The notes below the pieces were generated by a model. It saw nothing but the letters and a program-made list of their open reading frames with translations. It was not told the DNA's origin and ran no database searches. 64,000 nt of DNA, taken from assembly GCF_024223415.1 (NCBI RefSeq), contig NZ_CP100500.1. One strand, written 5' to 3'. Within the stretch, counting starts at the first letter, position 1. Every line of letters begins with the position of its first letter. Origin of the DNA: Escherichia coli. GTDB lineage: Bacteria > Pseudomonadota > Gammaproteobacteria > Enterobacterales > Enterobacteriaceae. Of this stretch, positions 1 to 12,402 are shown piece by piece. A program made the position numbers and the translations under genes.

Positions 1-130
1 TAGTAGATCGTCGGAGAGCAAAAAACGGCGATAACGAATACATGGCATGGGATATGACTCTCGGTTGGATCGTCTGGCAGCAACGAGCTGGTATCCATTT
101 TTCAACAATGACACAGCAAGAGGTGAAATA

Positions 131-502
131 ATGGAGCCATACAGCCTCACACTCGATGAGGCCTGTCAGTTTCTTAAGATATCCAGACCAACCGCCACCA
201 ACTGGATACGAACAGGCCGCCTACAGGCAACACGTAAAGATCCAACCAAGCCAAAATCTCCTTACCTCACAACACGGCAAGCCTGCATTGCGGCGCTTCA
301 GTCTCCGCTGCATACTGTCCAGGTGAGCGCGGGTGATGGCATAACAGAGGAAAGAAAATGTCACTCTTCCGCAGAAATGAAATATGGTATGCCTCGTATT
401 CGCTCCCGGGCGGGAAACGAATTAAGGAATCTCTTGGCACAAAGGACAAGCGGCAAGCTCAGGAGTTGCACGACAAGCGAAAAGCAGAACTCTGGCGAGT
501 AG
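131..502 (+). CDS. xisD: prophage excisionase-like HTH protein, overlaps integrase 5' end
   Basis: ATG at 131 is preceded by AAGAGGTG. An HTH segment [26 protein letters not shown] sits directly upstream of and overlapping int. The 3' extent is uncertain. Confidence 0.5.
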
Positions 503-1521
503 AAAAGCTAGGGGATTTACCTGATGTCACTTTTGAAGAGGCCTGCCTAAGATGGCTTGAGGAAAAAGCTGATAAAAAATCTCTCGATTCAGATAAAAGC
601 CGGATTGAGTTCTAGCTTGAACATTTTGAGGGTATAAGGCTTAAAGATATCTCGGAGGCAAAGATTTACTCTGCTGTAAGCAGAATGCATAACAGAAAGA
701 CGAAAGAAATATGGAAACAGAAAGTTCAGGCCGCCATCAGGAAAGGTAAAGAACCGCCTGTTTATGAACCAAAGCCAGTATCAACTCAGACAAAGGCAAA
801 GCATCTTGCCATGATAAAGGCCATTCTCCGTGCTGCAGAACGCGACTGGAAGTGGCTGGAAAAAGCGCCTGTCATCAAGATACCAGCGGTCAGAAACAAG
901 CGAGTCAGATGGCTGGAAAAGGAGGAAGCAAAACGCCTTATTGATGAGTGCCCCGAACCACTGAAATCTGTCGTCAAGTTTGCGCTGGCAACTGGTCTGA
1001 GAAAGTCGAACATCATAAATCTGGAATGGCAACAAATCGACATGCAGCGACGAGTTGCCTGGGTGAATCCAGAAGAGAGCAAATCAAACCGCGCCATTGG
1101 TGTGGCGCTGAACGATACCGCCTGTAAAGTGTTGCGTGATCAAATAGGCAAGCATCACAAATGGGTGTTTGTACATACCAAGGCGGCTAAGCGAGCAGAT
1201 GGAACATCAACGCCTGCGGTCAGGAAGATGCGCATCGACAGCAAGACATCATGGCTATCAGCTTGTCGTCGTGCAGGAATTGAAGATTTCCGTTTCCATG
1301 ACCTCAGACACACCTGGGCAAGCTGGCTGATCCAGTCAGGCGTCCCATTATCAGTGCTTCAGGAAATGGGCGGATGGGAGTCCATAGAAATGGTTCGTAG
1401 GTATGCTCACCTTGCGCCTAATCATTTGACAGAGCATGCAAGGAAAATAGACGACATTTTTGGTGATAATGTCCCAAATATGTCCCACTCTGGAATTATG
1501 GAGGATATAAAGAAGGCGTAA
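358..1521 (+). pseudogene. intD: DLP12-type tyrosine integrase interrupted by one in-frame TAG (613-615)
   Basis: ORFs 358-615 and 685-1521 are in the same frame. The N-terminus [21 protein letters not shown] and the C-terminal catalytic HDLRHTW...RRYAHL motifs match IntD. The only break is the stop in GAG TTC TAG CTT. Confidence 0.85.
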
Positions 1522-1536
1522 CTGATTGAATTGTAA

Positions 1537-1613
1537 TGGCGCGCCCTGCAGGATTCGAACCTGCGGCCCACGACTTAGAAGGTCGTTGCTCTATCCAACT
1601 GAGCTAAGGGCGC
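1537..1613 (-). tRNA. argU: tRNA-Arg (anticodon UCU)
   Basis: The reverse complement GCGCCCTTAGCTCAGTTGGATAGAGCAACGACCTTCTAAGTCGTGGGCCGCAGGTTCGAATCCTGCAGGGCGCGCCA folds as a 77-nt cloverleaf. The anticodon loop is CU-UCU-AA. Confidence 0.95.
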
Positions 1614-1855
1614 GTTGATACCGCAATGCGGTGTAATCGCGTGAATTATACGGTCAACCCTTGCTGAGTCAATGGCTTTTGATCTGGTTGCTGAACAAGT
1701 GAACGACCGCGTCTGATTTTCTGATTTATTTCGCTATAGCGGCAAACAAATGCACACCGCTGCGCGTCTGAATCAAGAAAACCCGTATTTTCATGTATCA
1801 AAGTACAATTTACCGCCCTAACGGAAAATTGTCCGCTCCTATGAGACTGGTAACT

Positions 1856-2488
1856 ATGAAACCAACGTCGGTGATCATTATGGATACTCATCCTATCATC
1901 AGAATGTCTATTGAAGTTCTGTTGCAAAAAAACAGTGAATTGCAGATTGTCCTGAAAACGGATGATTACCGCATAACCATCGATTATCTCCGAACCCGTC
2001 CTGTTGATTTAATCATTATGGATATAGACTTGCCCGGAACAGACGGTTTTACCTTCCTGAAAAGGATCAAACAAATCCAGAGCACAGTGAAAGTGTTATT
2101 TTTATCATCGAAATCAGAATGCTTTTATGCTGGCAGAGCGATACAAGCTGGTGCTAACGGTTTTGTCAGTAAATGCAATGATCAGAATGATATTTTTCAT
2201 GCCGTTCAGATGATCCTCTCCGGATACACGTTTTTTCCCAGCGAAACGCTCAACTATATAAAAAGCAATAAATGTAGTACGAATAGTTCAACGATCACTG
2301 TACTATCTAATCGTGAAGTGACGATATTACGTTATCTGGTTAGCGGATTATCTAATAAAGAAATTGCCGATAAGTTATTACTTAGTAATAAAACAGTTAG
2401 TGCGCATAAATCTAATATTTATGGCAAGCTAGGTTTGCATTCAATTGTAGAGCTTATCGACTACGCCAAATTATACGAATTAATATAA
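1856..2488 (+). CDS. fimZ: LuxR/FixJ-type response regulator of type-1-like fimbriae
   Basis: 210-aa protein starting MKPTSVIIMDTHPIIRMS, with receiver domain plus C-terminal LuxR HTH. K-12 synteny next to argU and sfm. Confidence 0.9.
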   Translation: MKPTSVIIMDTHPIIRMSIEVLLQKNSELQIVLKTDDYRITIDYLRTRPVDLIIMDIDLPGTDGFTFLKRIKQIQSTVKVLFLSSKSECFYAGRAIQAGANGFVSKCNDQNDIFHAVQMILSGYTFFPSETLNYIKSNKCSTNSSTITVLSNREVTILRYLVSGLSNKEIADKLLLSNKTVSAHKSNIYGKLGLHSIVELIDYAKLYELI

Positions 2489-2490
2489 TA

Positions 2491-3006
2491 TTAATTATAA
2501 TTGATCATAAATATCGCATCCGCTTTCGCCACACCTGGCCGAACACCGCTGGCTAACGCTCGATAATTGGCAAAAAAGTTTAGTGTGACATTGCCATTTG
2601 CATCTACTTCCTCAGTCGGGCTCGCCTCCCCCAGTGCGAGCCGGGAGCGATCGCTATTACGTAATTCGATGGCGACGGTTTGTGCCATTGCGGGATCATC
2701 CAGAGCCAGCAGGTTGACATCAGATGCCGGCGTTCCCGTAAATAAAATCGCAACTGAACCCGGAGGACATCCCTCCAGCCGCAGGCTAAAAGGGACGAGT
2801 GCCGTGGTATCGCCAGCGGTCAGTAGTTGTGTCGTAGGCCATCTGCCTAAATCTACCGTCTTATCCTTATCTGCTGTGTTTACGGTACAGGAGAAATCAA
2901 CCACGTTACCGTGCAAATTGATATTAATCGTTCCTAAAGGGTCAACTGCCCATCCACTGGAACTCCACAGTAGCCCGCAGAAACAGCTAAAGAGTACTCT
3001 TCTCAT
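2491..3006 (-). CDS. sfmF: minor fimbrial subunit
   Basis: 171 aa from MRRVLFSCFCGLL, with a fimbrial subunit C-terminus (ADAIFMINYN). Last gene of the sfm operon. Confidence 0.9.
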   Translation of the reverse strand: MRRVLFSCFCGLLWSSSGWAVDPLGTININLHGNVVDFSCTVNTADKDKTVDLGRWPTTQLLTAGDTTALVPFSLRLEGCPPGSVAILFTGTPASDVNLLALDDPAMAQTVAIELRNSDRSRLALGEASPTEEVDANGNVTLNFFANYRALASGVRPGVAKADAIFMINYN

Positions 3007-3016
3007 TCTCCGTACC

Positions 3017-4024
3017 TCATTGATAATCGACGCGTAAATACCCCAGCGCGCTAAACGGCCCTTCGGTCGGTTTTTGACCGGTAATACTGATAGGCCAGGC
3101 GCGAAGTGTGACATTGGCTACCGCAGCTGCATCCAGACGGAAAGGAATAACGCTATTGAGATCGTTAGGCGTGATCGGCGTATCGTTCTGATCGGCGACA
3201 ATAAAACCTAAATCCTGATTGTCCGACACCATCGCCTGACCAGAAACGGCACTGGCTTCCAGACGCATTGTTAAATAAGCCTGCGCAGCAACATTCGTAC
3301 ATTTGACCGCAATGCTCTTGGTTTGCGGCATGACACCAGCAGGTCGATTACCCGGCCCTGCCGCACTAAATAACGATGCGCCGATATCACCAAAATCAAA
3401 TTCAACAATCTGCCCGGCATTTAATTCGCAGTTTTGCGGTACTTCAACCCGGCCACCAAAACTAATGGTATAAACAGGTGTAACCAACGGATCGTAAGGC
3501 GTTGATGTCACATACACGGTAAACATCACCTGTCTGGGGATCTCCACCATGTTAATAAAGGGCCGAATAACCTTTAAACGAAATATCAAACGAGAATCCA
3601 TCACCCCGAACGGAAGGTTTTGCGAAACGTTAGGATCTGTTCCCATACGAATATAATTTTGCGGGGAAAATTGAATATCCATCACACTATCAACCAGACT
3701 CATCGCACCTAATAGATAATCATTTAATTGCATATATTTATAATTATCTATAGTTTCCTGAACAATAAAGTTAGTGACATAACTACGGTATGTATAATTC
3801 ACCAGCGTGCCGGGTGGACAAATTGCTGACACACCTACCCAGCCGGATTTTTCCGGTAAAACAACAATCTGCCCTGGCTGGTTATTGGTGCTATTAAAGA
3901 CATTTGAGAGATCATAGTGCTCATCTTCTGCTACGCCAGTACTATTTGCACAAACAGTAGCCCAGGATATGTTTGCCAGACACAAACATGCCATCGCCAA
4001 TAATAATCTGCAGATTATCTTCAT
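3017..4024 (-). CDS. sfmH: fimbrial adhesin-like subunit
   Basis: 335-aa ORF with signal peptide and FimH-like two-domain layout. sfm synteny. Confidence 0.85.
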   Translation of the reverse strand: MKIICRLLLAMACLCLANISWATVCANSTGVAEDEHYDLSNVFNSTNNQPGQIVVLPEKSGWVGVSAICPPGTLVNYTYRSYVTNFIVQETIDNYKYMQLNDYLLGAMSLVDSVMDIQFSPQNYIRMGTDPNVSQNLPFGVMDSRLIFRLKVIRPFINMVEIPRQVMFTVYVTSTPYDPLVTPVYTISFGGRVEVPQNCELNAGQIVEFDFGDIGASLFSAAGPGNRPAGVMPQTKSIAVKCTNVAAQAYLTMRLEASAVSGQAMVSDNQDLGFIVADQNDTPITPNDLNSVIPFRLDAAAVANVTLRAWPISITGQKPTEGPFSALGYLRVDYQ

Positions 4025-4036
4025 TGATAATTTCCT

Positions 4037-6646
4037 TTATGAGCCAGGATGTGTGCAAACTGCCGAAATAACAGTGACGGCTTGCTGTAAGCTTTGCTTC
4101 GGCAATACATAGTGCGCAATGCAGCGTGAGTTCGCGCCGTCTCCCCACTGAACCAGTAATTCACCAGACAATGGCGCACCACTTAAATAAACTTGCCCGT
4201 CATCACCCACCATACTGGTTATTCCGGTACTGTTTTCCCGTACCAGTGATCCAAACGGCACCGGTTTTCCGCCCTGGGTAACGGTAATGAGCGCCCGCAC
4301 GCCTATGCGGGTATCAAAATTGGCACGAACCAACGCGCCTTGCGTCGGCACAACGCTGCTAATATTTTTTTCAACATCGATGGAATTCCCCATCGTATTG
4401 GTATCAAGCGCGATACGGTTATACCGATAAACCGTGGCATACGGCATCACCGCATAGCCGCGCCAGTCGGTTAAAATGCCAGTTTGATTTTCAATGCGTA
4501 CACCGCCTGCGCCAGGCGCTTTAATCAAAACATTGGTATCCCCTAAAGGCTGGCTCAGCGTTATGCCATTTTCATGCCCGACCACACCGCCAGACAGCTG
4601 CCAGTTAACGTCATGTTGATCGCGGTCGTAGTTATACCCGATCCCCAGCGTACCGTAAGCGGCCTGCCAGTTTGCCGTGGCGCTGCCCGTGTACCCATTA
4701 TTCGAAGTATCGCCCTGGCTTACGTGATAACTCAGGTTGTGGCCTTCCAGTAAGGTCCCACCAACGCCTGCCAGCCAGCTATTTTGCCCGTTGCTATTAC
4801 GGTTAGCGTTAAAGGAGGCATAAGCGCGGTCGAGCGCATTTTCCCGGGTGTAGCGACGTTTGGTCAAAACATTGAAAGGCACTGAAACATTAAGTCCGAC
4901 AATACGTTCATTATCGGGGATCCCTACAGATTCATTCCACGAAAATGAGAGCGAATAACTGATGCCAACCCAGCTGCTGGTATACCCCACCTGATACCAC
5001 GTATCTGAATCCGAAGTATTCCAGTATTTTTGATGGGTACCAGAAATATAAAGCGAGCCAAAGTCATTAAGTGATTGTGAAATATTTAACTGCAAACGGT
5101 CTTTACGGCTAAAGCGTAAATTGTGGTAATTCACGATTATCGGTTCATCGCGATGCTCACCGTCGTAATCGTAATCATATTCGTACCCCTCCATTCGACG
5201 ATACGCAACATCATCAAGGGTATAAAAACCTTGTGTCGAATAGCGGTAACCCATTAACTGAAAATTGGTGCCGAAGGTGTTCATCGATTTCGCATAGAGG
5301 AAGCGAATAGAATCCCCCTCATGACGACTATCGTCGGCTAACTGACTGCGCGCATGGGTCACATCCAGAGATACTGCCCCCCAGTTTCCGAGATTGCGCC
5401 CCAGCCCTAATAAAAAGGCGGTGTAATTGGCAGATAATTGTGTCCCGCCGTAGGCAGTAAATTCCTGTGGTAAACCACCGAGTGCCGTGCCCTGAAAAAA
5501 GAAAGGTGATGATTGCTGACTATTACCGCTACGAAAATCGCCCGCCGTCAGGTCAAATTTGAAACGCCCTTCGCGTTGTAAAATTGGCACTGTTGAATAC
5601 GGAATTGTGTAATTCTGCTGATTACCATCGCGCTCGTCGATGGTGACGTCCAGATCGCCATTTGAAGATGTCGGGTGCAAATCTGTAATTTCAAAAGCGC
5701 CGGGGGAAACATAGCTTTGATAGATAATAAAACCATTTTGCCGAATCGTTAGCTGGGCCGCCGTACGGGCAATCCCACGTACTGTTGGGGCAAACCCTTG
5801 CTGGCTATCAGGATACATATTATCGGAAGAATAAAGCCGTACACCACGAAATCCAACACCATCGAAAATATCACTTCCTGTATTGCCGTCTCCCATTACC
5901 AGTTCACTTTTCAGTGGAATAATGGCGCGCTGTACCCAGGTGCCAATATTATTCCACTGTTCTGAATGATATCCATTTCCGCGAAAATAGTTCCAGGAAC
6001 CATTGTTGCGTAAACGCCACGGGCCAATATTAATCCCGCTGAGCTCACTAAAAAAATAGCTATCGTTACCATTACCTCTGTTACCGGTGAAATTATAATT
6101 CAGGAGTAAAGCAGGAATACCTTCATCCCACTCTTCAGGCGGAATGTAACCGTGAGCGCTACTCAGCAACGCTATCTGTGGAATAGTGATGTTCAGGCGC
6201 ATCGCTGCAAAATCAAAGTTAATTGTGGCATCAGGTACAGCTTTCAGTAAATTAATACATTTATTATTTTGCTGCTGGGCTAACTCGGGAAATGCACTGC
6301 TATTAAGGCCAATTCGTTCAAGGAGTACCTGGTTAAAACAGGGCATTAACCCACCTGATTTATCACCTGTATTTTCTGTTGTCGATTCAAATACGATATC
6401 CTGTGAACCAATGAACTCATCATTACGCCAGAGATCCACCCGATACACACCCGCAGGTTGATGATTACCTCTCTCAAAGCGCGATAAATCAGCAACGGAT
6501 GTGCCATTCTCTAATAAAAATGCCGGGTTGAAATAACTTTCCGCATAGCTTAAAAAGGAGGGTAAAATGGCAAGAGATGAATAACAAATTCCGGCCAGAC
6601 ACCAGGTATACCTCTGCGGAATATCCGTAGTAGTGGGTATTTTCAT
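4037..6646 (-). CDS. sfmD: fimbrial outer-membrane usher
   Basis: 869-aa usher-family protein between the chaperone and tip subunits. Confidence 0.93.
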   Translation of the reverse strand: MKIPTTTDIPQRYTWCLAGICYSSLAILPSFLSYAESYFNPAFLLENGTSVADLSRFERGNHQPAGVYRVDLWRNDEFIGSQDIVFESTTENTGDKSGGLMPCFNQVLLERIGLNSSAFPELAQQQNNKCINLLKAVPDATINFDFAAMRLNITIPQIALLSSAHGYIPPEEWDEGIPALLLNYNFTGNRGNGNDSYFFSELSGINIGPWRLRNNGSWNYFRGNGYHSEQWNNIGTWVQRAIIPLKSELVMGDGNTGSDIFDGVGFRGVRLYSSDNMYPDSQQGFAPTVRGIARTAAQLTIRQNGFIIYQSYVSPGAFEITDLHPTSSNGDLDVTIDERDGNQQNYTIPYSTVPILQREGRFKFDLTAGDFRSGNSQQSSPFFFQGTALGGLPQEFTAYGGTQLSANYTAFLLGLGRNLGNWGAVSLDVTHARSQLADDSRHEGDSIRFLYAKSMNTFGTNFQLMGYRYSTQGFYTLDDVAYRRMEGYEYDYDYDGEHRDEPIIVNYHNLRFSRKDRLQLNISQSLNDFGSLYISGTHQKYWNTSDSDTWYQVGYTSSWVGISYSLSFSWNESVGIPDNERIVGLNVSVPFNVLTKRRYTRENALDRAYASFNANRNSNGQNSWLAGVGGTLLEGHNLSYHVSQGDTSNNGYTGSATANWQAAYGTLGIGYNYDRDQHDVNWQLSGGVVGHENGITLSQPLGDTNVLIKAPGAGGVRIENQTGILTDWRGYAVMPYATVYRYNRIALDTNTMGNSIDVEKNISSVVPTQGALVRANFDTRIGVRALITVTQGGKPVPFGSLVRENSTGITSMVGDDGQVYLSGAPLSGELLVQWGDGANSRCIAHYVLPKQSLQQAVTVISAVCTHPGS

Positions 6647-6676
6647 AATTAGCTCTGATATTGTCAGATGATTCGG

Positions 6677-7369
6677 TTAGTTTAAGTTCACTTCTCTGAC
6701 CGGGGTTACTGAACCATAATCATTAACGGTCTGAAATTTCAGCTTTCCCTGCACTCCTGAGGGTAAGGGAATTTGTGAATTAACTCTGGGTGCAGCCATA
6801 GCATTCCCCAACTTTTGGCTGCCCACTTGTAAGTTAACCAGGGTGACATAAAAAGGTGATGGATTATGAACATTGATATAGTTACCGGATCGCGAAAACT
6901 TGAGTGTGTCCGGCGCTTCTGCGGGTAATTCTTGTAGTTGAATTGGACGGAGAAATAACTTCATGCGCGATAAAATCGCCAGTTGCAAAACATTCCTGCC
7001 GTTCAATGCATTTTTATCTACCGAAGGGATCGTCTTAACATTCATCCAGAACAGAGACTCACGATCTGCCGCCAGCGGTGGACCGGTGTAAATAATACGC
7101 AAAGTATTTTCGCTTTTGGGTTCACTAACAAATAGTGGCGGTGTAATGATGAATGACTTTTCTTTTACACCGCTGCTGTTTTCAATCCACGAATTGACCA
7201 GAAAACGCTCATTGGTATGGCTATTTCTAATCCATACCGCAGTCTGTTTAGCATCAGCGGGATAAATAATACGCGTGGCACCTAATGCGATCCCTCCGGC
7301 AGCATGGGCGCTGGCCGAAATGATTAAATAAAATATAATGAGCATCAATAACTTTATTTTAGTCATCAT
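6677..7369 (-). CDS. sfmC: periplasmic fimbrial chaperone
   Basis: 230 aa with signal peptide, PapD-like. Confidence 0.93.
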   Translation of the reverse strand: MMTKIKLLMLIIFYLIISASAHAAGGIALGATRIIYPADAKQTAVWIRNSHTNERFLVNSWIENSSGVKEKSFIITPPLFVSEPKSENTLRIIYTGPPLAADRESLFWMNVKTIPSVDKNALNGRNVLQLAILSRMKLFLRPIQLQELPAEAPDTLKFSRSGNYINVHNPSPFYVTLVNLQVGSQKLGNAMAAPRVNSQIPLPSGVQGKLKFQTVNDYGSVTPVREVNLN

Positions 7370-7588
7370 AGTTAATACGCCTTGTGTATTCCTGACGGCA
7401 AAAATAAGAAATATAAAGAAATGATTGCTTTGGTTTCTTACAACACATCATTCCCTTTTCATTTAATAAAGCGGCATGATACAAAGTGAACATGATTTCG
7501 ATTTACATTGCCACCATACCGCTTCAGACAACCGGTACATTACTTTGTTATAAGACGTGATATATAATTCAAAACAACGTGGTTTTGA

Positions 7589-8131
7589 TTATTCGTATCT
7601 CATAATAAAAGTCGCGTCAGCATTTGCTTGCCCTGCTGATGCACTTGTACCGGTGCCTTTATAACGTGCAGAAAAATGAAGAACGTTGGTCCCGGGGATC
7701 AAGTTCTGGTTGGTTGAGAAGCTATTCCCATCAGGTTTGAGAATTGCGGATGTATTATCAAGTATTTCAATACCGACACCCGTTGCTGTTGTTGTATTGG
7801 TACTGGATGCAATGGCCAATAAATTATCATTGATTGCATCAGCCTGACCAGAAAATGCAACGGCAGCATTAGCGGCAACAACAGGATCGCAGTCGTTCAA
7901 CTGTATAGTGAATGGAATTAATGCAGAGGTATTACCAACAGCATTGAAAATATCGGTACGATATTGACCGAGTGTGACAACCTGGTCTGCCGAGTCAGTA
8001 TTCACTGAACAGGCAGCATTCACCAGTTCGCCTTCAAAGTGAATTGTACCGCCATCTACAACGGCAGCATAACTACCCGTAGCGGCGAATAGTGCGGCAG
8101 CCAGCGCAGACGAAATAAATCTTAATTTCAT
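7589..8131 (-). CDS. sfmA: major type-1-like fimbrial subunit
   Basis: 180 aa from [22 protein letters not shown], with the fimbrial C-terminal beta-strand ATFIMRYE. Confidence 0.9.
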   Translation of the reverse strand: MKLRFISSALAAALFAATGSYAAVVDGGTIHFEGELVNAACSVNTDSADQVVTLGQYRTDIFNAVGNTSALIPFTIQLNDCDPVVAANAAVAFSGQADAINDNLLAIASSTNTTTATGVGIEILDNTSAILKPDGNSFSTNQNLIPGTNVLHFSARYKGTGTSASAGQANADATFIMRYE

Positions 8132-8601
8132 ATATATTCCTTCAATCTCATTTATCGACTCCACATCCGTATATAACCGATTACTTTATTTAAGACACTG
8201 ATAGTAGTAAATTCCTTTTTATCCTCTAAGAATGTCTTAATTGAAAATATGCACTCTATTCTAAAAAATAGAGAGCCCCGTTAGATGAATACTTCCGCGC
8301 AAAATATATTCAACACAAATATAGACCTGAAGCGGTAAATTACCAGGCTGAAAATTCTTTTTATATTGTCAGGTATTTCTTAAATTATCTTAATCCTTTG
8401 ACAAGGAAATAAGTCAGTTCCAGATTTACAACGCCATCATGGACGAAAAATGAAGCTTTCAATCTCAGCGACAGTGCGCCTCACCTTCGCAAGAGGTCGC
8501 TTCACGCGATAAATCTGAAACGAAACCTGACAGCGCGCCCCGCTTCTGACAAAATAGGCGCATCCCCTTCGACCTACGTAACAGATGGAATCCTCTCTCT
8601 G

Positions 8602-9468
8602 ATGGCAGCAAAGATTATTGACGGTAAAACGATTGCGCAGCAGGTGCGCTCTGAAGTTGCTCAAAAAGTTCAGGCGCGTATTGCAGCCGGACTGCGGGCA
8701 CCAGGACTGGCCGTTGTGCTGGTGGGTAGTAACCCTGCATCGCAAATTTATGTCGCAAGCAAACGCAAGGCTTGTGAAGAAGTCGGGTTCGTCTCCCGCT
8801 CTTACGACCTCCCGGAAACCACCAGCGAAGCGGAGCTGCTGGAGCTTATCGATACGCTGAATGCCGATAACACCATCGATGGCATTCTGGTTCAACTGCC
8901 GTTACCGGCGGGTATTGATAACGTCAAAGTGCTGGAACGTATACACCCGGACAAAGACGTAGACGGTTTCCATCCTTATAACGTCGGTCGTCTGTGCCAG
9001 CGCGCGCCGCGTCTGCGTCCCTGCACCCCGCGCGGTATTGTCACGCTGCTTGAGCGTTACAACATTGATACCTTCGGCCTCAACGCCGTGGTGATTGGCG
9101 CATCGAATATCGTTGGCCGCCCGATGAGCATGGAACTGTTGCTCGCAGGTTGCACCACCACCGTGACTCACCGTTTCACTAAAAATCTGCGTCACCACGT
9201 AGAAAATGCCGATCTACTGATCGTTGCCGTCGGCAAGCCGGGCTTTATTCCTGGTGACTGGATCAAAGAAGGCGCAATTGTGATTGATGTCGGCATCAAC
9301 CGTCTGGAAAATGGCAAAGTTGTGGGCGACGTCGTGTTTGAAGACGCGGCTAAACGCGCCTCATACATTACGCCTGTTCCGGGCGGCGTTGGCCCGATGA
9401 CGGTTGCCACGCTGATTGAAAACACGCTACAGGCGTGCGTTGAATATCATGATCCACAGGGTGAGTAA
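8602..9468 (+). CDS. folD: bifunctional methylene-THF dehydrogenase/methenyl-THF cyclohydrolase
   Basis: 288 aa, [19 protein letters not shown]. Confidence 0.97.
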   Translation: MAAKIIDGKTIAQQVRSEVAQKVQARIAAGLRAPGLAVVLVGSNPASQIYVASKRKACEEVGFVSRSYDLPETTSEAELLELIDTLNADNTIDGILVQLPLPAGIDNVKVLERIHPDKDVDGFHPYNVGRLCQRAPRLRPCTPRGIVTLLERYNIDTFGLNAVVIGASNIVGRPMSMELLLAGCTTTVTHRFTKNLRHHVENADLLIVAVGKPGFIPGDWIKEGAIVIDVGINRLENGKVVGDVVFEDAAKRASYITPVPGGVGPMTVATLIENTLQACVEYHDPQGE

Positions 9469-9469
9469 C

Positions 9470-9682
9470 ATGGCGACATTTTCTTTAGGTAAACATCCGC
9501 ACGTTGAGCTGTGCGACTTGCTGAAACTGGAAGGCTGGAGCGAAAGCGGCGCGCAGGCGAAAATCGCGATTGCCGAAGGCCAGGTGAAAGTCGACGGTGC
9601 GGTTGAAACGCGCAAACGCTGCAAAATCGTCGCCGGGCAGACAGTGAGTTTTGCAGGTCACAGCGTACAGGTTGTTGCCTGA
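9470..9682 (+). CDS. ybcJ: S4-like RNA-binding domain protein
   Basis: 70 aa from MATFSLGKHPHVELCDLLK, immediately after folD. Confidence 0.85.
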   Translation: MATFSLGKHPHVELCDLLKLEGWSESGAQAKIAIAEGQVKVDGAVETRKRCKIVAGQTVSFAGHSVQVVA

Positions 9683-9789
9683 TCCCTTTCCCGGCCTGTA
9701 TCAACAGGCCGGTTCTCTTTTCAGACTTTTGCCCTCTACGCCCCGTTCATCCATGCTGATAGCATCGACATTTTGCCGAAGCGACCATC

Positions 9790-10311
9790 ATGCCAACCGT
9801 TATTACGCACGCCGCCGTTCCCCTATGCATTGGTTTAGGGTTGGGTTCGAAAGTCATCCCTCCGCGTCTGTTATTTGCCGGAATCATCCTGGCGATGCTG
9901 CCCGACGCAGACGTATTGTCGTTTAAATTTGGCCTTGCTTACGGCAATGTTTTTGGTCATCGCGGGTTTACCCATTCGCTGGTGTTTGCGTTTGTTGTCC
10001 CGCTGTTATGTGTGCTGATTGGACGCCGATGGTTCAGGGCTGGGCTGATTCGCTGCTGGCTGTTTTTAACCGTCTCGTTGCTATCGCACAGCATGCTGGA
10101 TTCGGTAACCACTGGCGGTAAGGGTGTTGGCTGGCTGTGGCCGTGGTCAGATGAACGCTTTTTCGCTCCCTGGCAGGTGATTAAAGTCGCGCCGTTTGCA
10201 TTGTCTCGTTACACCACAGCGTACGGGCATCAGGTGATTATTTCTGAATTGATGTGGGTGTGGTTGCCGGGGATGCTACTGATGGGAATATTGTGGTGGC
10301 GCAGACGATAA
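9790..10311 (+). CDS. ybcI: inner-membrane metal-dependent hydrolase family protein (DUF457)
   Basis: 173 aa, multi-TM. K-12 synteny. Confidence 0.85.
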   Translation: MPTVITHAAVPLCIGLGLGSKVIPPRLLFAGIILAMLPDADVLSFKFGLAYGNVFGHRGFTHSLVFAFVVPLLCVLIGRRWFRAGLIRCWLFLTVSLLSHSMLDSVTTGGKGVGWLWPWSDERFFAPWQVIKVAPFALSRYTTAYGHQVIISELMWVWLPGMLLMGILWWRRR

Positions 10312-10334
10312 CCGGATGCGAAAACTCGCATCCG
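10311..10334. terminator. hairpin CCGGATGCG-aaaact-CGCATCCGG between convergent ybcI and cysS
   Basis: Perfect 9-bp stem located between the two convergent stop codons. Confidence 0.6.
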
Positions 10335-10346
10335 GCAATAGCGCAA

Positions 10347-11732
10347 TTACTTACGACGCCAGGTGGTCCCTTGCGGGCCATCTTCCAGCACGATCCCCAT
10401 CTCGTTAAGACGGTCACGCGCCGCATCTGCCGCCGCCCAGTCTTTCGCTTTACGGGCATCCAGACGCTGTTGAATTAACGCTTCAATCTCAGCCACTTCG
10501 CTGTCATCTGCCTGCGCGCCGCTTTGCAGGAACGCTTCCGGTTCTTGCTCCAGCAGGCCCAATACAGCGGAAAGTTTACGCAGGTGAGATGCCATTGCAT
10601 TCGCCGCTGCCATATCTTCTGCTTTCAGACGGTTCACTTCACGCGCCATATCAAACAGCACGGAATAGGCTTCCGGGGTGTTGAAATCGTCGTCCATCGC
10701 TTCAATAAAGCGCGCTTCAAACGCTTCGCCACCGGCAGGCGCAACGGTTTTATCTGTGCCGCGCAGCGCAGTGTAGAGACGCTCCAGCGCCGCACGCGCC
10801 TGCTTCAGGTTCTCTTCGCTATAGTTCAGCTGGCTGCGATAGTGGCCCGACATCAGGAAGTAACGCACGGTTTCCGCGTCGTAGTATTTCAGCACATCGC
10901 GCACGGTAAAGAAGTTACCCAGCGATTTGGACATCTTCTCGCGGTCAACCATCACCATCCCCGAGTGCATCCAGTAGTTAACATACTGACCATCATGGGC
11001 ACAGGTGGACTGCGCGATTTCATTCTCGTGGTGCGGGAACATCAGGTCTGAACCGCCGCCGTGGATGTCAAAGTGGTTACCCAGCTGCTTGCAGTTCATT
11101 GCCGAACATTCAATGTGCCAGCCAGGACGGCCCGCGCCCCACGGAGACGGCCAGCTCGGTTCGCCCTCTTTCGACATCTTCCACAGAACGAAGTCCATCG
11201 GGTTGCGTTTGTCGTCGACCACGTCAACGCGCGCGCCTGCCTGCAGCTGGTCGAGATCCTGACGCGACAGCACGCCATAAGTTGGATCGGTCGGGACGTC
11301 GAACATCACGTCGCCGTTGTCCGCCACATAAGCGTGACCTTTGGCGATCAGTTGTTCAGTGAGTTCAATAATTTCTGCGATATGGTGCGTCGCGCGCGGC
11401 TCCATATCCGGGCGCAGAATGTTCAACGCATCAAAATCTTTGTGCATTTCGGCGATCATGCGATCCACCAGCGCCACAAAGCTTTCGCCATTTTCATTGG
11501 CGCGTTTGATGATTTTGTCGTCGATATCGGTAATGTTGCGTACATACTTCAGCTTATAGCCGAGGAAACGCAGATAGCGCGCAACCACGTCAAAGGCAAC
11601 AAAGGTACGCCCGTGACCGATATGACAGAGATCGTAAACGGTGATTCCACACACGTACATGCCGACTTCCCCGGCGTGAATAGGCTTAAATTCCTCTTTT
11701 TGGCGTGTCAGAGTATTGAAGATTTTTAGCAT
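10347..11732 (-). CDS. cysS: cysteinyl-tRNA synthetase
   Basis: 461 aa, with HIGH (CHIGHGR) and KMSKS motifs present. Confidence 0.97.
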
Positions 11733-11905
11733 CGAAGATTCCGTTTAGACATGTGTGGGTAATTGAGTTGCGTATAATACCCATATTTCCCGCGCGAATC
11801 AGCATACATTGCGTGATGATCCGATCGTGCGGTTATGCTATAACACCACCCTATATATGACCCGAACTGGGTTGAAGCACCAATCAAACGGAACAGGATG
11901 CAAAA

Positions 11906-12400
11906 ATGGTTACTTTCCACACCAATCACGGCGATATTGTCATCAAAACTTTTGACGATAAAGCACCTGAAACAGTTAAAAACTTCCTGGACTACTGCCG
12001 CGAAGGTTTTTACAACAACACCATTTTCCACCGTGTTATCAACGGCTTTATGATTCAGGGCGGCGGTTTTGAACCGGGCATGAAACAAAAAGCCACCAAA
12101 GAACCGATCAAAAACGAAGCCAACAACGGCCTGAAAAATACCCGTGGTACGCTGGCAATGGCCCGTACTCAGGCTCCGCACTCTGCAACTGCACAGTTCT
12201 TCATCAACGTGGTTGATAACGACTTCCTGAACTTCTCTGGCGAAAGCCTGCAAGGTTGGGGCTACTGCGTGTTTGCTGAAGTGGTTGAAGGCATGGACGT
12301 GGTAGACAAAATCAAAGGTGTTGCAACCGGTCGTAGCGGTATGCACCAGGACGTGCCAAAAGAAGACGTTATCATTGAAAGCGTGACCGTTAGCGAGTAA
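11906..12400 (+). CDS. ppiB: peptidyl-prolyl cis-trans isomerase B (cyclophilin)
   Basis: 164 aa, [27 protein letters not shown]. Confidence 0.97.
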   Translation: MVTFHTNHGDIVIKTFDDKAPETVKNFLDYCREGFYNNTIFHRVINGFMIQGGGFEPGMKQKATKEPIKNEANNGLKNTRGTLAMARTQAPHSATAQFFINVVDNDFLNFSGESLQGWGYCVFAEVVEGMDVVDKIKGVATGRSGMHQDVPKEDVIIESVTVSE

Positions 12401-12402
12401 TC

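Larger units (their letters stand above)
1..1536. mobile_element. edge of a DLP12-type lambdoid prophage remnant (xis/int end) abutting tRNA-Arg
   Basis: Excisionase-like and tyrosine-integrase ORFs end 15 bp from the 3' end of argU, the classical DLP12 arrangement. The left boundary lies outside the window. Confidence 0.7.

Noticed and set aside
47-130. N-terminal extension of the xis-like ORF (start at 47)
   Set aside because: The internal ATG at 131 has a good SD, and the HTH domain begins right after it. The extension looks like read-in from upstream.
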